Shown: in pieces, positions 8,933 to 18,724 of the stretch
Layout of the letters: every line of letters starts with the position of its first letter
Position numbering within the stretch: the first letter of the stretch is position 1
Assembly (NCBI GenBank): GCA_965197645.1
Contig: OZ240219.1
Location: forward strand, 1,952,001-2,016,000
Source of the DNA: Dehalococcoidia bacterium
Lineage (GTDB): Bacteria > Chloroflexota > Dehalococcoidia > Plut-88900
Length of the DNA stretch: 64,000 bases
Direction of reading: 5' to 3'
Translations under genes and position numbers: made by a program
The notes under the pieces: generated by a model
Databases searched by the model: none
The model's input: only the letters and a program-made list of their open reading frames with translations
What the model was told of the DNA's origin: nothing

Positions 8933-9262
8933 ATGACAGACCGACTAGAGGACGAGGACGTCGGGAACGCGCCCATCAAGTGGAAGATCCAGGGGGCCGG
9001 GATGGCCATGGCAGGCGGGTTCGTGGCCCTGGTGGACAGGGACTCTGACCCGGTCCCTTGCATGGTTTACAAGGGACCGGAGGAGGGCAGGGAGGCCCAT
9101 GAGAGAGCGTGCCGGGAGACCTGGGCCACCGCATGGGTGTTGGAGGGCGACACCCTGGAGGAGGCAAGGAAGGCCCTGACTGAGTCCCGCTTCCTGGGGG
9201 CCGTCTACCACCTGAGCGACTGTGAGCTTCTGGACGACCGTCCTGCGAAGGACGCTGCCTAG
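8933..9262 (+). CDS. Hypothetical protein
   Basis: AAAGGAG RBS; co-oriented in the operon. Confidence 0.6.
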   Translation: MTDRLEDEDVGNAPIKWKIQGAGMAMAGGFVALVDRDSDPVPCMVYKGPEEGREAHERACRETWATAWVLEGDTLEEARKALTESRFLGAVYHLSDCELLDDRPAKDAA

Positions 9263-9353
9263 GGCAAGACAACACATCGACCCCTATCTGGGGCCCACGC
9301 GGAGCCAAGTGCTCCCCGCGCATCGAATCAACCTACACCACAAGGAGGTAGCA

Positions 9354-10001
9354 ATGCTCGCGACTCACAACATAGACCCCGAGGACCTGCACACCATCTC
9401 CGCCGGGGGGTTCTCGGCCACGGTGGACGCCTTCGCACGCGACGACCGCACCGAGGGCCTCTGGTTCGTCTCCATGGTCGGCTCCCAGACCGCGCTCAAG
9501 GCGATCTGGGCCTCGCTGCTCAAGCAGCCCCCCGACACTGCCCACATCAACAGGGGCGCCGACGGGATGCCCCTCTCCGGCGGCTACCAGCGCTGCGTCA
9601 TCCCCTACGAGACCATCGGGACGTGGACTACCAAGATCGCCCGGCTTCCCGTCTCGGGGGGATGGCACGCGCTGGTGTACACCAAGCAGGCGGAGTTCGG
9701 CTTCGAGAAGGACTCCTTCTTGCTGCTGGCTCAATCCAATAAGGAAGCTCCCGCGCTACACCACCGCTTTCTCGACAAGCGCAGCCCTCTGCCCCTGCAC
9801 GGCTCCTGGGCCGGCTGGCTCTGGGAGCGGGGCATCAGGGAGGAGGAGATAGTGCCTCTACAGGCGATGGGGGTATCGGCCTACCGGTGCTCTCCCAAGG
9901 CCGAGAAGCTCAGGGAGGACCTGTCTGCTGCCGTTGGATCGGGCAGGCTAACACTGCCTGCCTCGCCGTCGGACAGGCCAGGGGAGGTTTCCCATGGATA
10001 G
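9354..10001 (+). CDS. Conserved hypothetical ICE protein
   Basis: ATG at 9354 after AAGGAGGT; LWFVSMVGSQTALKAIWASL and FLDKRSPLPLHGSWAGWLW resemble proteins found upstream of DUF6094 methyltransferases. Confidence 0.65.
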   Translation: MLATHNIDPEDLHTISAGGFSATVDAFARDDRTEGLWFVSMVGSQTALKAIWASLLKQPPDTAHINRGADGMPLSGGYQRCVIPYETIGTWTTKIARLPVSGGWHALVYTKQAEFGFEKDSFLLLAQSNKEAPALHHRFLDKRSPLPLHGSWAGWLWERGIREEEIVPLQAMGVSAYRCSPKAEKLREDLSAAVGSGRLTLPASPSDRPGEVSHG

Positions 10002-10401
10002 AACACTGAAGAGGGTCACATACCGCAACAGGCGGCGCAGCCGGCGCAACTGGAAGGCGTGGCAGCTCTTCTCCCACGACGGGGAGACGTGCCGCTTCTG
10101 TCCTCACGGAGCCGCCGACCACCTCACTTCGTCAGGGCAGCCCCACTTCTACCGGCCTGCCACTGAGGCGGAGCGGCGCGACCTCTCGGTCACCCTCTAC
10201 TACTACACCCTGCCGGGAGGTGGATCCATGCTGGTCAAGAGGATGATCGTCGCCAACCGCGCCGAGCTGATTACCGCCTTCTGTGGCACCTGCGCCCAGA
10301 GCATGGGAACGGACCAGGTGCTGTGCTTCCAGCGCAACCTGGCGATAGGCGAGCTGATCGGGCTACAGACCAACGACGAGGACATCGAAGTCGCCGCCTG
10401 A
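9994..10401 (+). CDS. Hypothetical protein, possibly zinc-binding
   Basis: CRFCPH...H and CGTC...C motifs; GGAGG RBS; overlaps upstream gene. Confidence 0.6.
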   Translation: MDRTLKRVTYRNRRRSRRNWKAWQLFSHDGETCRFCPHGAADHLTSSGQPHFYRPATEAERRDLSVTLYYYTLPGGGSMLVKRMIVANRAELITAFCGTCAQSMGTDQVLCFQRNLAIGELIGLQTNDEDIEVAA

Positions 10402-10425
10402 ACGCGGCGGGAAAGGAGTTACGAC

Positions 10426-11463
10426 ATGAGACTGGCAGCCCAGGCGAAAGGGGGCTACTATCCCACTCCCCAGCGGGTGGTGGACCTGATCGCCGACCTG
10501 ATTCGGACTCCCCCAGGCCGTTACCACCGGGACATGGAGACGCTGTGCATCCTCGACCCCTGCTGCGGGGCCGGGGACGCCCTCCAGAGGCTGGCGGAGC
10601 GCCTCGACCGGCCCAATGCCATCTCCATCAAGACCTACGGCGTGGAGCTGCACCGGGACCGGGCTGAGGACGCGGCGCGGCGCCTCGACCGCACCCTGGC
10701 CTCAGACCTGTTCGCCACCGCCATAGCCAACGGGGCCTTCGGGCTGCTCCTGCTCAACCCTCCCTACGACTGGGACTCGGAGGACAAGCGCGTCGAACAC
10801 GCCTTCCTGACCCACTGCACCCGCTACCTGGCCGAGAAGGGGCTCCTGGTGTTCATCGTGCCGAGGCAGCGCCTGGCGGTCTCGGCCCGCTACCTGTCCA
10901 CCCACTACGAGCGAATGCGCTGCTGGGCCTTCCCGGCTCCCGAGCGCGAGGCCTTCGACCAGGTGGTTCTGATGGGCTGCCGGAAGAAGGACCCGGTTCC
11001 CGACGCCTCCGCGGAGGGCATGGTGCTGGAGTGGTCGTACGGGGAGCCGGAACCGCTGGACTCCTATACCTACCCGGAGTACACCCCGGCCACGTCGCCC
11101 ATCGGAGACATCCTGTTCACCACCCGCACCGTCGATCCCGTTGCTGCGGCGGCCGAGGCCAGGCGGTCGGGGCTGTGGGCCAGCAAGGAGGTCACCGACA
11201 CGCTGTGGCCGGTGAAGGACAGCCGCACCCGGCCCCTGATGCCCCTGAGACGGGGGCACCTGGCGATGCTGGTGGCGGCGGGGTTCCTGGACAACCTGGT
11301 CCTGGAGGCCGAAGGGCACCGCATCCTGGTCAAGGGGCGGACCTCCAAGGAGATGGAGCTGGTGGAGGACTCCCCCGAGAAGGAGGTCCACCGGGAGATG
11401 CTAATCACGACCGTGGTGGCCCTCGACCTGGACGGCGGAGAGATCGCCGACATCGCAGCATAG
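10426..11463 (+). CDS. SAM-dependent DNA amino-methyltransferase (DUF6094-like)
   Basis: GYYPTP, ILDPCCGAGDAL (motif I), NPPY (motif IV), C-terminal RPLMPLRRGHLAM. Confidence 0.85.
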   Translation: MRLAAQAKGGYYPTPQRVVDLIADLIRTPPGRYHRDMETLCILDPCCGAGDALQRLAERLDRPNAISIKTYGVELHRDRAEDAARRLDRTLASDLFATAIANGAFGLLLLNPPYDWDSEDKRVEHAFLTHCTRYLAEKGLLVFIVPRQRLAVSARYLSTHYERMRCWAFPAPEREAFDQVVLMGCRKKDPVPDASAEGMVLEWSYGEPEPLDSYTYPEYTPATSPIGDILFTTRTVDPVAAAAEARRSGLWASKEVTDTLWPVKDSRTRPLMPLRRGHLAMLVAAGFLDNLVLEAEGHRILVKGRTSKEMELVEDSPEKEVHREMLITTVVALDLDGGEIADIAA

Positions 11464-11731
11464 ACGGCTCATACCGAGCCGCATCACGAGGCCCTGGCGG
11501 TTTCATCGCCCGGCGGTTCTCGCAACGTGAAGAGACACAGAAACACCGTAGACCGAATAAGAGGGCGCTTCACGGCGCTCCCCTGCACCCCGCCTCGGGG
11601 CGCCCTCAAATCCACTCACCTCCCGGGGCGCAGTGGGCGAGGTGCGCCCTGCTCCAGGACCGCTCATGCGACTGGGGTAGGCGTTAGGTGCTTCCGGGGC
11701 TCCGTGGATGTCCTCACGAAAGGAGACATCC

Positions 11732-14086
11732 ATGAACCTGGGAGAGTTCATAGACAAGTTCAAGGAGGCCATCGCGAGACGGGTGGTCGAGTCCTACCCG
11801 CCGCTCTACCGGCCATCGGAGAACGGCGGCACCCTGCCTCGACTGCTCCGCAAGCCCCTGGGGGCGCAGGCCGATGCCATCAAGGGCGCGGCCCTCTCGC
11901 TCCGGACCCACCGGGGCACCACCGTGGTAGGCGAGATGGGCACCGGCAAGACCTTCATCGGAGCGGCGGCGGCCCACATGGCGGGCTTCAAGAGGATACT
12001 GGCCCTCTGCCCGCCGCACCTGACCAGGAAGTGGAAGCGGGAGGTGGAGCAGACGGTGCTGGACGCTCGCGCAGTCATCGTCACCTCCATCACCGACCTG
12101 GAGAAGCTCCGCCACGTCACCAGCTCAGGGCCTCTCTTCGCGGTGATGAGCCGGGAGCGAGCGAAGCTCTCCTACCGCTGGAAGGCCGCGGTCAACTACC
12201 GGTGGGCCACCTCCAGGGGAAGGCTCATCAGGGAGGAGGAGACGGGGGAGCCCTTCCGGGTCCCCTGCTGCCCTGCCTGCACGACGCAGATTACGGACAG
12301 GGACGGGGTGCCCCTGGCCGACGCCGACCTGAACCGCCGCAAGCACACCTGCGCCAGCTGCGGCTCCCCCCTCTGGCAGGCCGACGGGTCCGGCCCGAAA
12401 CGCTACCCCCTCAGCGACTACGTGAAGCACCGGATGAGAGGCTTCTTCGACCTGCTCATCGGAGACGAGGTGCACGAGTTCAAGGGGCGAGGTTCCGCAC
12501 AGGGCATAGCGGCCGGCGTCCTCGCCGACGCCTGCGGCAGGTCCCTCAGCCTGACCGGGACCCTCCTCGGCGGCTATTCCTCCACCATCTTCCACCTGCT
12601 CTACAGGTTCTCACCCGAGATCAGGACGGAGTTCGGGCGCTCCGACGAGGGCCGCTGGATAAAGCGCTACGGCTTCGAGGAGCACACCATCGGCAAGCCC
12701 GACGACGATGCGCTGGAGGACGGAAGGTTCAGCCGACGCCGCAAGTACCGCAAGGTGATCAGGGAGAGGCCCGGGCTGGTCCCCTCAGCCCTGTTCCACA
12801 TCATCCCCAACACCGTCTTCCTCCGCCTCTCCGACGTGGCCTCCGGGCTGCCCGACTACGAGGAGCAGATCCTCCTGGCCTCGATGGACACCGAGGAGGA
12901 CGGCACGGGCTACTCCCAGCGCACCGCCTACAACACGGTGTTCGAGGAGCTCCGCAAGGAGCTGGCCAGCGCGCTGAAGAGCGGTTCCAAGCGCCTGCTG
13001 GCGACCTACCTGCAGACCCTGTTGGCCTACCCCGAGGGCTGCACCAGGGGCGAGACGGTGTTCGACCCCAGGTCGGGCGACGTCATCGTGCAGGTGCCGC
13101 CCCTGTCCGAGGAGAGGCTCTACCCCAAGGAGAAGGCGCTGGTCGACCTGGTGGCGGCGGAGCGGATGGAGGGAAGGCGGGTGCTGGTCTACGCCACCCA
13201 CACCGGCACTAGGGACATCACCAAGCGCATGGAGGAGATCCTCACCCGGCACGGCTTCCGGGTGGCGGTGATGAAGGCCGACGCGGTGGCCCCGGAGAAG
13301 CGGGAGGCCTGGGTGGCCGACAGGGTGGAGCAGGGCATCGACGTGATGGTCTGCCATCCCAGGCTGGTGCAGACGGGCCTCGACCTCATCGACTTCCCCA
13401 CCCTGGTCTGGTTCGAGACTGATTACAGTGTTTACGTGTCCAGGCAGGCGTCCCGCCGGTCGTGGCGCATCGGGCAGACCCTCCCTGTGAAGGTGGTCTA
13501 CATGAGTTACCGGAACACGCTGCAGGCGGACGCCCTCAAGCTGGTGGCGAAGAAGCTGCAGAGCTCCCTCGCCGTCGAGGGCGAGCTGCCGGAGGATGGG
13601 CTGGCCGCCTACGGCGACGACGGCGACGACGGCGACGACCTGATGATGGCCCTGGCCCGCAGGATCGTCAGCGGCGAGGAGGCAGCAGACGAGACCGAGA
13701 CTGTGGAGGAGGTGTTCGCCCAGGCCAGGGACGCCGAGAGCGAGGCCGAGGAGCTGCTGGTAGACGAGGGCTGGAAGCCGGTGGAGACCGAGTCGGAGAC
13801 GGTCGAAGCCAACGGCAACGGACACCACGACGACCTGTTCGCCCCCATGGTCGAGCTGGCACCGGTTAATGGACACGCCCCGGTCCCGGTCAGCTGCAAT
13901 GGTAACCGCGACGGCGAAGAGGCCCCGGAGCCCCAGCAATCGCTGTTCTCCTGGGCCGAGTTCATGGCCGAGGCGCCGGTCAAGCCCAAGCCCCGCAACG
14001 GGAAGCCCCAGCCCGCAAGCCTCTCGATGTTCGAGTGGGCGATGGAGCAGGAACGGGAGAAGGAGCCGGTCGGCGCGGGGCGCTAG
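11732..14086 (+). CDS. SNF2-like superfamily 2 helicase with zinc-ribbon insert
   Basis: GEMGTGKT (Walker A), DEVH, LTGT, QTGLDL, QASRRSWRIGQ; CPAC...CASC insert. Confidence 0.9.
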   Translation: MNLGEFIDKFKEAIARRVVESYPPLYRPSENGGTLPRLLRKPLGAQADAIKGAALSLRTHRGTTVVGEMGTGKTFIGAAAAHMAGFKRILALCPPHLTRKWKREVEQTVLDARAVIVTSITDLEKLRHVTSSGPLFAVMSRERAKLSYRWKAAVNYRWATSRGRLIREEETGEPFRVPCCPACTTQITDRDGVPLADADLNRRKHTCASCGSPLWQADGSGPKRYPLSDYVKHRMRGFFDLLIGDEVHEFKGRGSAQGIAAGVLADACGRSLSLTGTLLGGYSSTIFHLLYRFSPEIRTEFGRSDEGRWIKRYGFEEHTIGKPDDDALEDGRFSRRRKYRKVIRERPGLVPSALFHIIPNTVFLRLSDVASGLPDYEEQILLASMDTEEDGTGYSQRTAYNTVFEELRKELASALKSGSKRLLATYLQTLLAYPEGCTRGETVFDPRSGDVIVQVPPLSEERLYPKEKALVDLVAAERMEGRRVLVYATHTGTRDITKRMEEILTRHGFRVAVMKADAVAPEKREAWVADRVEQGIDVMVCHPRLVQTGLDLIDFPTLVWFETDYSVYVSRQASRRSWRIGQTLPVKVVYMSYRNTLQADALKLVAKKLQSSLAVEGELPEDGLAAYGDDGDDGDDLMMALARRIVSGEEAADETETVEEVFAQARDAESEAEELLVDEGWKPVETESETVEANGNGHHDDLFAPMVELAPVNGHAPVPVSCNGNRDGEEAPEPQQSLFSWAEFMAEAPVKPKPRNGKPQPASLSMFEWAMEQEREKEPVGAGR

Positions 14087-14183
14087 ACCGCAGTTCACGG
14101 GGAGGGGCCGCCGTCAACGGAGCGACGGCCTCCCCCGCATGAGGCATCGGAGCAAGACACCAACGACTGAAAGGAGACTAGTC

Positions 14184-14381
14184 ATGGCAAGAGTGTTCGT
14201 ATACGACGACCGCGAGTTCCCTGACCCCGACCCCGAGATGAGCGTCGACCAGGTGAAGGCAACCCTCTCCGACTTCTACGGGGAGATCGCCAACGCCTCG
14301 GTGAAGGAGACCACGAGGGGCGACGACACCATCTACGAGTTCCAGAGGCGGGTGGGCACCAAGGGCGCCTTCACCCGGTAA
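14184..14381 (+). CDS. Prokaryotic ubiquitin-like protein (PRTRC protein C-like)
   Basis: ATG at 14184 after AAAGGAG; RVFVYDDREFPDPDPEMSVDQVKATLSDFYGEIANA...YEFQRRVGTKG-AFTR. Confidence 0.85.
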   Translation: MARVFVYDDREFPDPDPEMSVDQVKATLSDFYGEIANASVKETTRGDDTIYEFQRRVGTKGAFTR

Positions 14382-14393
14382 GGAGGGCATCCG

Positions 14394-14624
14394 ATGGACA
14401 ACCGGACCTTCACGGGCCTGCTGACGGCCTCGCCGCCAACGGCCCTGCGCATCCTCGAGCTCACGGCGGAGCTCACACGGCCCGACGGCTCCCTGGACCT
14501 CGACGCGGCGGCCGCACGGCAGAAGGACGTGGAGATGGCCTGCACCCAGGCCCAGGATTACGCCGCCTCAACGGGACGGCTCAAGGAGGCGCTACGGTGG
14601 CAGCTGCGGCCCCGGCGCTCCTGA
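14394..14624 (+). CDS. Small hypothetical protein in PRTRC-like operon
   Basis: AAGGAGG RBS; helical 76 aa. Confidence 0.65.
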   Translation: MDNRTFTGLLTASPPTALRILELTAELTRPDGSLDLDAAAARQKDVEMACTQAQDYAASTGRLKEALRWQLRPRRS

Positions 14625-15442
14625 GCGGCCTCGCCCAGATGCTCCTGCGGCGTCCGCCGTCGCTGCGGGAGCTTGTGACCATCGTCGGGTACGCCGACGA
14701 CTACGCATGGTTCGCGGGGCTGGTGCGCCGCCTCTTTCCCAATGAGGCTGAGGCGACGCTCTCGGCCCCCGACGTGCGCACCAGGGTGGAGCGCTTCGCC
14801 AACCTCTTCGCCGAGCGCCACTTCCCCCTCTATGGGCCATTCATTGACCTGTGGGCAGACGACGGGGACGACCCGCCCTGGTCCTGGCTGCGTCAGGGAA
14901 TCCCCTTCGACCTGATGGGCTTCGGATACGACAGCCTGCACGAGCTGTGGCATGGCTACCGGGAGGGCCTCTCGGCTCTCGTCCTCCTGGCCAAGCCCCC
15001 CGAGGCCTACTACGAGGGACCCGACGGGATGCGGACGGCGTGGCTGGAGTCGGCCGTCGAGCGCATCCCCAAAGAGACCCTGGAGAGGATCCCCCAGGGC
15101 GGCATACCCCTTGAGGATCTGGCGGAGGCGTTGAAGGGCTCGAAGTTCGAGGGGGCGGCTCAGGCCGCCTCCTGGGTATTCGCCGAGACCGGAAACTTCT
15201 TCTTGGACCATTGCTATGACGATGGCATGTACGACGGTTTCGCTGACCCCTGGGAGGACGAGGTCATCGCCGAGGGCGCAGAGGAGTGGAGCAAGGCCAA
15301 GGCCCTCATGGAATCGGTGTGCAAGCTGGCCGACTGGCTGGAGGGGGACCTCCCCGGCCGCTTCGCCGAAATGCTGGACTTCGTCCTGGGGCGGCTTCCC
15401 AACCAAGAGCAAAAACAGGAGGACAACGACCATGACGACTGA
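14597..15442 (+). CDS. Acidic hypothetical protein (occupies the position of PRTRC protein F)
   Basis: Long ORF with typical codon bias between Ubl and E2 genes; start uncertain; F assignment is by position only. Confidence 0.6.
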   Translation: MAAAAPALLSGLAQMLLRRPPSLRELVTIVGYADDYAWFAGLVRRLFPNEAEATLSAPDVRTRVERFANLFAERHFPLYGPFIDLWADDGDDPPWSWLRQGIPFDLMGFGYDSLHELWHGYREGLSALVLLAKPPEAYYEGPDGMRTAWLESAVERIPKETLERIPQGGIPLEDLAEALKGSKFEGAAQAASWVFAETGNFFLDHCYDDGMYDGFADPWEDEVIAEGAEEWSKAKALMESVCKLADWLEGDLPGRFAEMLDFVLGRLPNQEQKQEDNDHDD

Positions 15443-16142
15443 GGCTGAGAAGACCCGGTGGTCCCTGCCCGGCCCGGACGACATGCCCAGGGACAAGCTC
15501 CAGTTGCAGTTGGAGGTCTACGACGAGACCATCCTGCTGCGGGGCTTCGAGGGAGACTTCGTCTGGGTCAGGACCGTCTCGGCGGACGAGATCGCCAACG
15601 TCTTCACCCAGCATCTGGGGTTCTCCTCCGGCCTGCTGCCGGAGGATGCCCTCTGGTGGAACCAGGGCGAGACCGGGCAGGTGGTGGCCCTGTGGAGGCC
15701 GCCCCAGGTGTGGCCAGTGACCCTGCAACGGGAGGCGTTCAAGCCCCCCGCACGACTCCGGCTTCCCATGCCGGGGCTGGTCTTCGCCTGCTCACCGGGC
15801 CGTGCCCCCTGGGCCTACGCCGCGCTGAGCAGGCCGACCGACCCCGATGAGCAGCTCTACCGGATGCCCGCCTTCAACGTCTTCGGCGACGGGCGGGTCT
15901 GCCCCGGAAGCCACCGGTTCCCCGGGGAGGTGGGACTGATACCCGAGTCCTTCTTCCAGTCCTACTTCTCCCTTACCGGAGACACGCACAACCGCTCGAA
16001 GAAGCACCCCGACAACCTGCAATCGCTATGGGAGGAGTTGGATGGAAAGACCGAATATCCCGTTGAGGACCTCGTTCCCCAGTGCACGGTGGCCCACGCC
16101 ATGGCGGTCTCCGAGGGGAAACGAAGCTATGGCCACCGCTAG
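15432..16142 (+). CDS. Prokaryotic E2 family D protein (PRTRC protein B-like)
   Basis: GLLPEDALW, LWRPP, LPMPGLVF, LYRMPAFNVFGDGRVCPG with conserved Cys, FFQSYFS. Confidence 0.8.
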   Translation: MTTEAEKTRWSLPGPDDMPRDKLQLQLEVYDETILLRGFEGDFVWVRTVSADEIANVFTQHLGFSSGLLPEDALWWNQGETGQVVALWRPPQVWPVTLQREAFKPPARLRLPMPGLVFACSPGRAPWAYAALSRPTDPDEQLYRMPAFNVFGDGRVCPGSHRFPGEVGLIPESFFQSYFSLTGDTHNRSKKHPDNLQSLWEELDGKTEYPVEDLVPQCTVAHAMAVSEGKRSYGHR

Positions 16143-16791
16143 CGGCGGGCCTGCCGCGACCGACGGCCCGAAGCCGGTGGGCTACCTGGTCAATCACGAG
16201 GACGGGCTGACCGGTGCCCACGGCATCGGCTTCAACTACGTGCTCGGAGCGGGCGGCCTCTACGTCCAATCCGAGAGCGCCCACCTGACAGCTCGGGTGC
16301 TGGTGGCCCCCTGCAAAGTGCGGGGGCTCGCGCCCATAACCGAGAGGGCGGAGCTCACCCACGGCCGCATCCCGGCCCGCCTCTTTGAGTTGGGGCTGCG
16401 CTGGTTCCAGGACGACCCCGACACCGAGCGGCTCTTCGCCGTACGGTGGGACGGGCGCTCCTACCGGCTGGTGGTCCCGCCGCAGGCCGGGACTGCGACG
16501 TCCCTCTCCTACGAGCCCCCCGCCGGGGTGGTGGCCGAGCTCCACTCCCACGGGACCTCACGAGCCTTCTTCTCGGCCACCGACGACGGGGACGAGCAGG
16601 GCTTCCGAATATACGGGGTGGTGGGAAGGCTCGACATCCCTCAACCGGAGTTGAGCCTTCGGGTCGGCGTCTACGGCCACTTCGGCCCGACGCAGTGGTC
16701 GCAGGTGTTCGACGGCCCGCACCCCGGTCTCCGGCTGACGAGCGAGGACCCGGAGCCAACGGGAAAGCCTAACGAACCTACAGGGAGGTAA
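16129..16791 (+). CDS. JAB/MPN metallopeptidase (PRTRC protein A-like)
   Basis: ELHSHGTSRAFFSATDDGDE (HxH...S..D), IYGVVGRLD, LRVGVYG. Confidence 0.88.
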   Translation: MATASGGPAATDGPKPVGYLVNHEDGLTGAHGIGFNYVLGAGGLYVQSESAHLTARVLVAPCKVRGLAPITERAELTHGRIPARLFELGLRWFQDDPDTERLFAVRWDGRSYRLVVPPQAGTATSLSYEPPAGVVAELHSHGTSRAFFSATDDGDEQGFRIYGVVGRLDIPQPELSLRVGVYGHFGPTQWSQVFDGPHPGLRLTSEDPEPTGKPNEPTGR

Positions 16792-16797
16792 AGAAAA

Positions 16798-17613
16798 ATG
16801 CCCTACTACCTGGACAACGCGTTCCTGCTGGACAACCCCTGGATCACGGTGGTCGGCTGCGGGGGGACCGGAGGGTTCGTGGCCGAGGGTCTCTGCCGCC
16901 TCTTCCAGGGGCGGCAGGCCACCATCGTCCTGGTCGACCACGACCGGGTAGAGCCCCACAACCTGCTGCGCCAGAACTTCTACGCAGAGGATGTTGGAAA
17001 GTTCAAGAGCGAAGCTCTGGCCGACAGGCTGGCCAGGGCCTATAACCGGCCCGTCGGCTACTCGGTCTACCCATTCAGGGAGTACGACGACAATCCCAAC
17101 GGGCAAGGCTACCCCGGCCTCGTCGACTACGGCGACAGTCTCATCATCGGCTGCGCCGACAACGCACCGGCACGCAGGGCGATGGCTGAGTGCCTGCCGG
17201 GTGACCCGCGACGGTGGCTCATCGACGCGGGCAACGACACCAACTGGGGACAGGTGCTGGTGGGCAATGTGGCAGGCCGGGTGGACTGGGACGAGCCTCC
17301 ATTTTCGGGCGAGACCTGCTACCTGGCCCCTGCGCCCACGCTCCAGCGGCCCGACCTGCTGACAGCCGTGTCGACCAGGCCGCCCGACGTGGACTGCGCA
17401 GTTGCCCTCGACCTCACCGACCAAGACCCGACCATCAACCAGATGATGGCGTCGCTGGTCTTACAGGTGGTCCGCCGCATGGTGACGGGCTCCTGCCCCT
17501 TCATGGGCCTCTACCTGGACATGGAGCAAGGGACCGTCACCCCGCGCTACGTCACCCCGGAGGCGGTGGTGCGCATCGTGGGGCCGGACTCCGAATGGGA
17601 GATATCGGCCTAG
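16798..17613 (+). CDS. ThiF/E1-like adenylyltransferase (PRTRC type)
   Basis: VVGCGGTGG, VDHDRVEPHNLLRQNF, IGCADN, IDAGN...GQV, PDVDCAVAL...Q...INQMMA. Confidence 0.9.
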   Translation: MPYYLDNAFLLDNPWITVVGCGGTGGFVAEGLCRLFQGRQATIVLVDHDRVEPHNLLRQNFYAEDVGKFKSEALADRLARAYNRPVGYSVYPFREYDDNPNGQGYPGLVDYGDSLIIGCADNAPARRAMAECLPGDPRRWLIDAGNDTNWGQVLVGNVAGRVDWDEPPFSGETCYLAPAPTLQRPDLLTAVSTRPPDVDCAVALDLTDQDPTINQMMASLVLQVVRRMVTGSCPFMGLYLDMEQGTVTPRYVTPEAVVRIVGPDSEWEISA

Positions 17614-17664
17614 CGAACAATGCCAATGGACACACTTTGAGAAGTAAAGAAGGAAGGAGAAACG

Positions 17665-18051
17665 ATGTCTGACAAGAACGGGACCACCACGATCTGGCAG
17701 GATGCCCACAGCGGCCTCCGCAGGCACAAGCTGATGACGAAGGAGCTCGGGGACACTATCCCCGCTCTCTACGCCAACGAGAACGTCGAGGGCTACGACG
17801 CCGTCGTCGCCAGGGCGAAACTCTTCTCTCCCTACAACGGCTGGCGCTGGTACATCACCGAGTGGGATGCCGAGACCGGAACGTGCTTCGGCCTCGTCGA
17901 GGGGTTCGAGGTGGAATTTGGGTACTTCGACCTCACGGAGCTCTCGGAAGTGACCGTGTTCGGGAGCGTTCCCGCCGTGGAACGCGACCTGTACTGGGAG
18001 CCCCAGACTCTCGGCGAGATAAGGAGGCAGGCGTCGTGGCTGGCAGCCTAG
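17665..18051 (+). CDS. DUF2958-like protein
   Basis: KLFSPYNGWRWYITEWD...CFGLVEGFEVEFGYFDLTEL...VERDLYW. Confidence 0.8.
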   Translation: MSDKNGTTTIWQDAHSGLRRHKLMTKELGDTIPALYANENVEGYDAVVARAKLFSPYNGWRWYITEWDAETGTCFGLVEGFEVEFGYFDLTELSEVTVFGSVPAVERDLYWEPQTLGEIRRQASWLAA

Positions 18052-18103
18052 CGGTCGGCGGTCATCAAGGCAACCCAAAGAAAGAGCAAAGAGAGGAGAC
18101 ACC

Positions 18104-18634
18104 ATGCCTGACGAAGTTGGAACGCAAGCAATCCGCTCGGACGTACCGAGCGCAGACGAGAGTCTCTTCGGAGATGCGCCGGACGACAGGGCCGCACCGG
18201 TCGTCCAGGAAGAAGACTCCAACGATGCGGCCCCCGATGAGCCGGAGGGCGGTGGGGAGTCCGCGCAGGACGAACAGGGCACGGGCGACGCCGATGAGCA
18301 GGCGGCCGGAGAGGAGACCGAAGCCTCGGAGGACCTGAAGGTGGTCGTGTCCATCAAGGGCGGCAGGGCCACCATCGGCGTGCAGCAGCCCTCGTCGGAC
18401 CCGCACATCGAGACGTTCGACGACCTGGACGTATCCGGGCTGACGCAGGAGGTCTCGGCGGTGGTCGAGAGGGCCAGAGCCAGGTGGGAGGACACACCCA
18501 AGCACCCGGCCCACGTCAGGCCCGATCCCCCGGCCAGGCGCCGGAACCGGTGCGGGCAGGGGGCGGCGCAGGAGGCGTCTACCGAAACGTCGGAAGAGAC
18601 GCAGGCACAACAGCAGACGCTGAGGCTGTTCTAA
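18104..18634 (+). CDS. Acidic hypothetical protein (possibly PRTRC protein E-like)
   Basis: GAGGAG RBS; disordered acidic arms around a small folded core; ends QQTLRLF. Confidence 0.6.
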   Translation: MPDEVGTQAIRSDVPSADESLFGDAPDDRAAPVVQEEDSNDAAPDEPEGGGESAQDEQGTGDADEQAAGEETEASEDLKVVVSIKGGRATIGVQQPSSDPHIETFDDLDVSGLTQEVSAVVERARARWEDTPKHPAHVRPDPPARRRNRCGQGAAQEASTETSEETQAQQQTLRLF

Positions 18635-18677
18635 GCCAGGCCCTGCCGTCTCGCTGAGGGCGCTTGATTGCAACACA

Positions 18678-18718
18678 CAGGGGGAGGCTGTCGTCTATAT
18701 GGCGGCGGCCTCCCCCTG
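18678..18718 (+). terminator. GC-rich hairpin at end of operon
   Basis: CAGGGGGAGGCTGTCGTC...GGCGGCGGCCTCCCCCTG, 44 bp after the last stop; U-tract not adjacent. Confidence 0.55.
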
Positions 18719-18724
18719 CACCGG

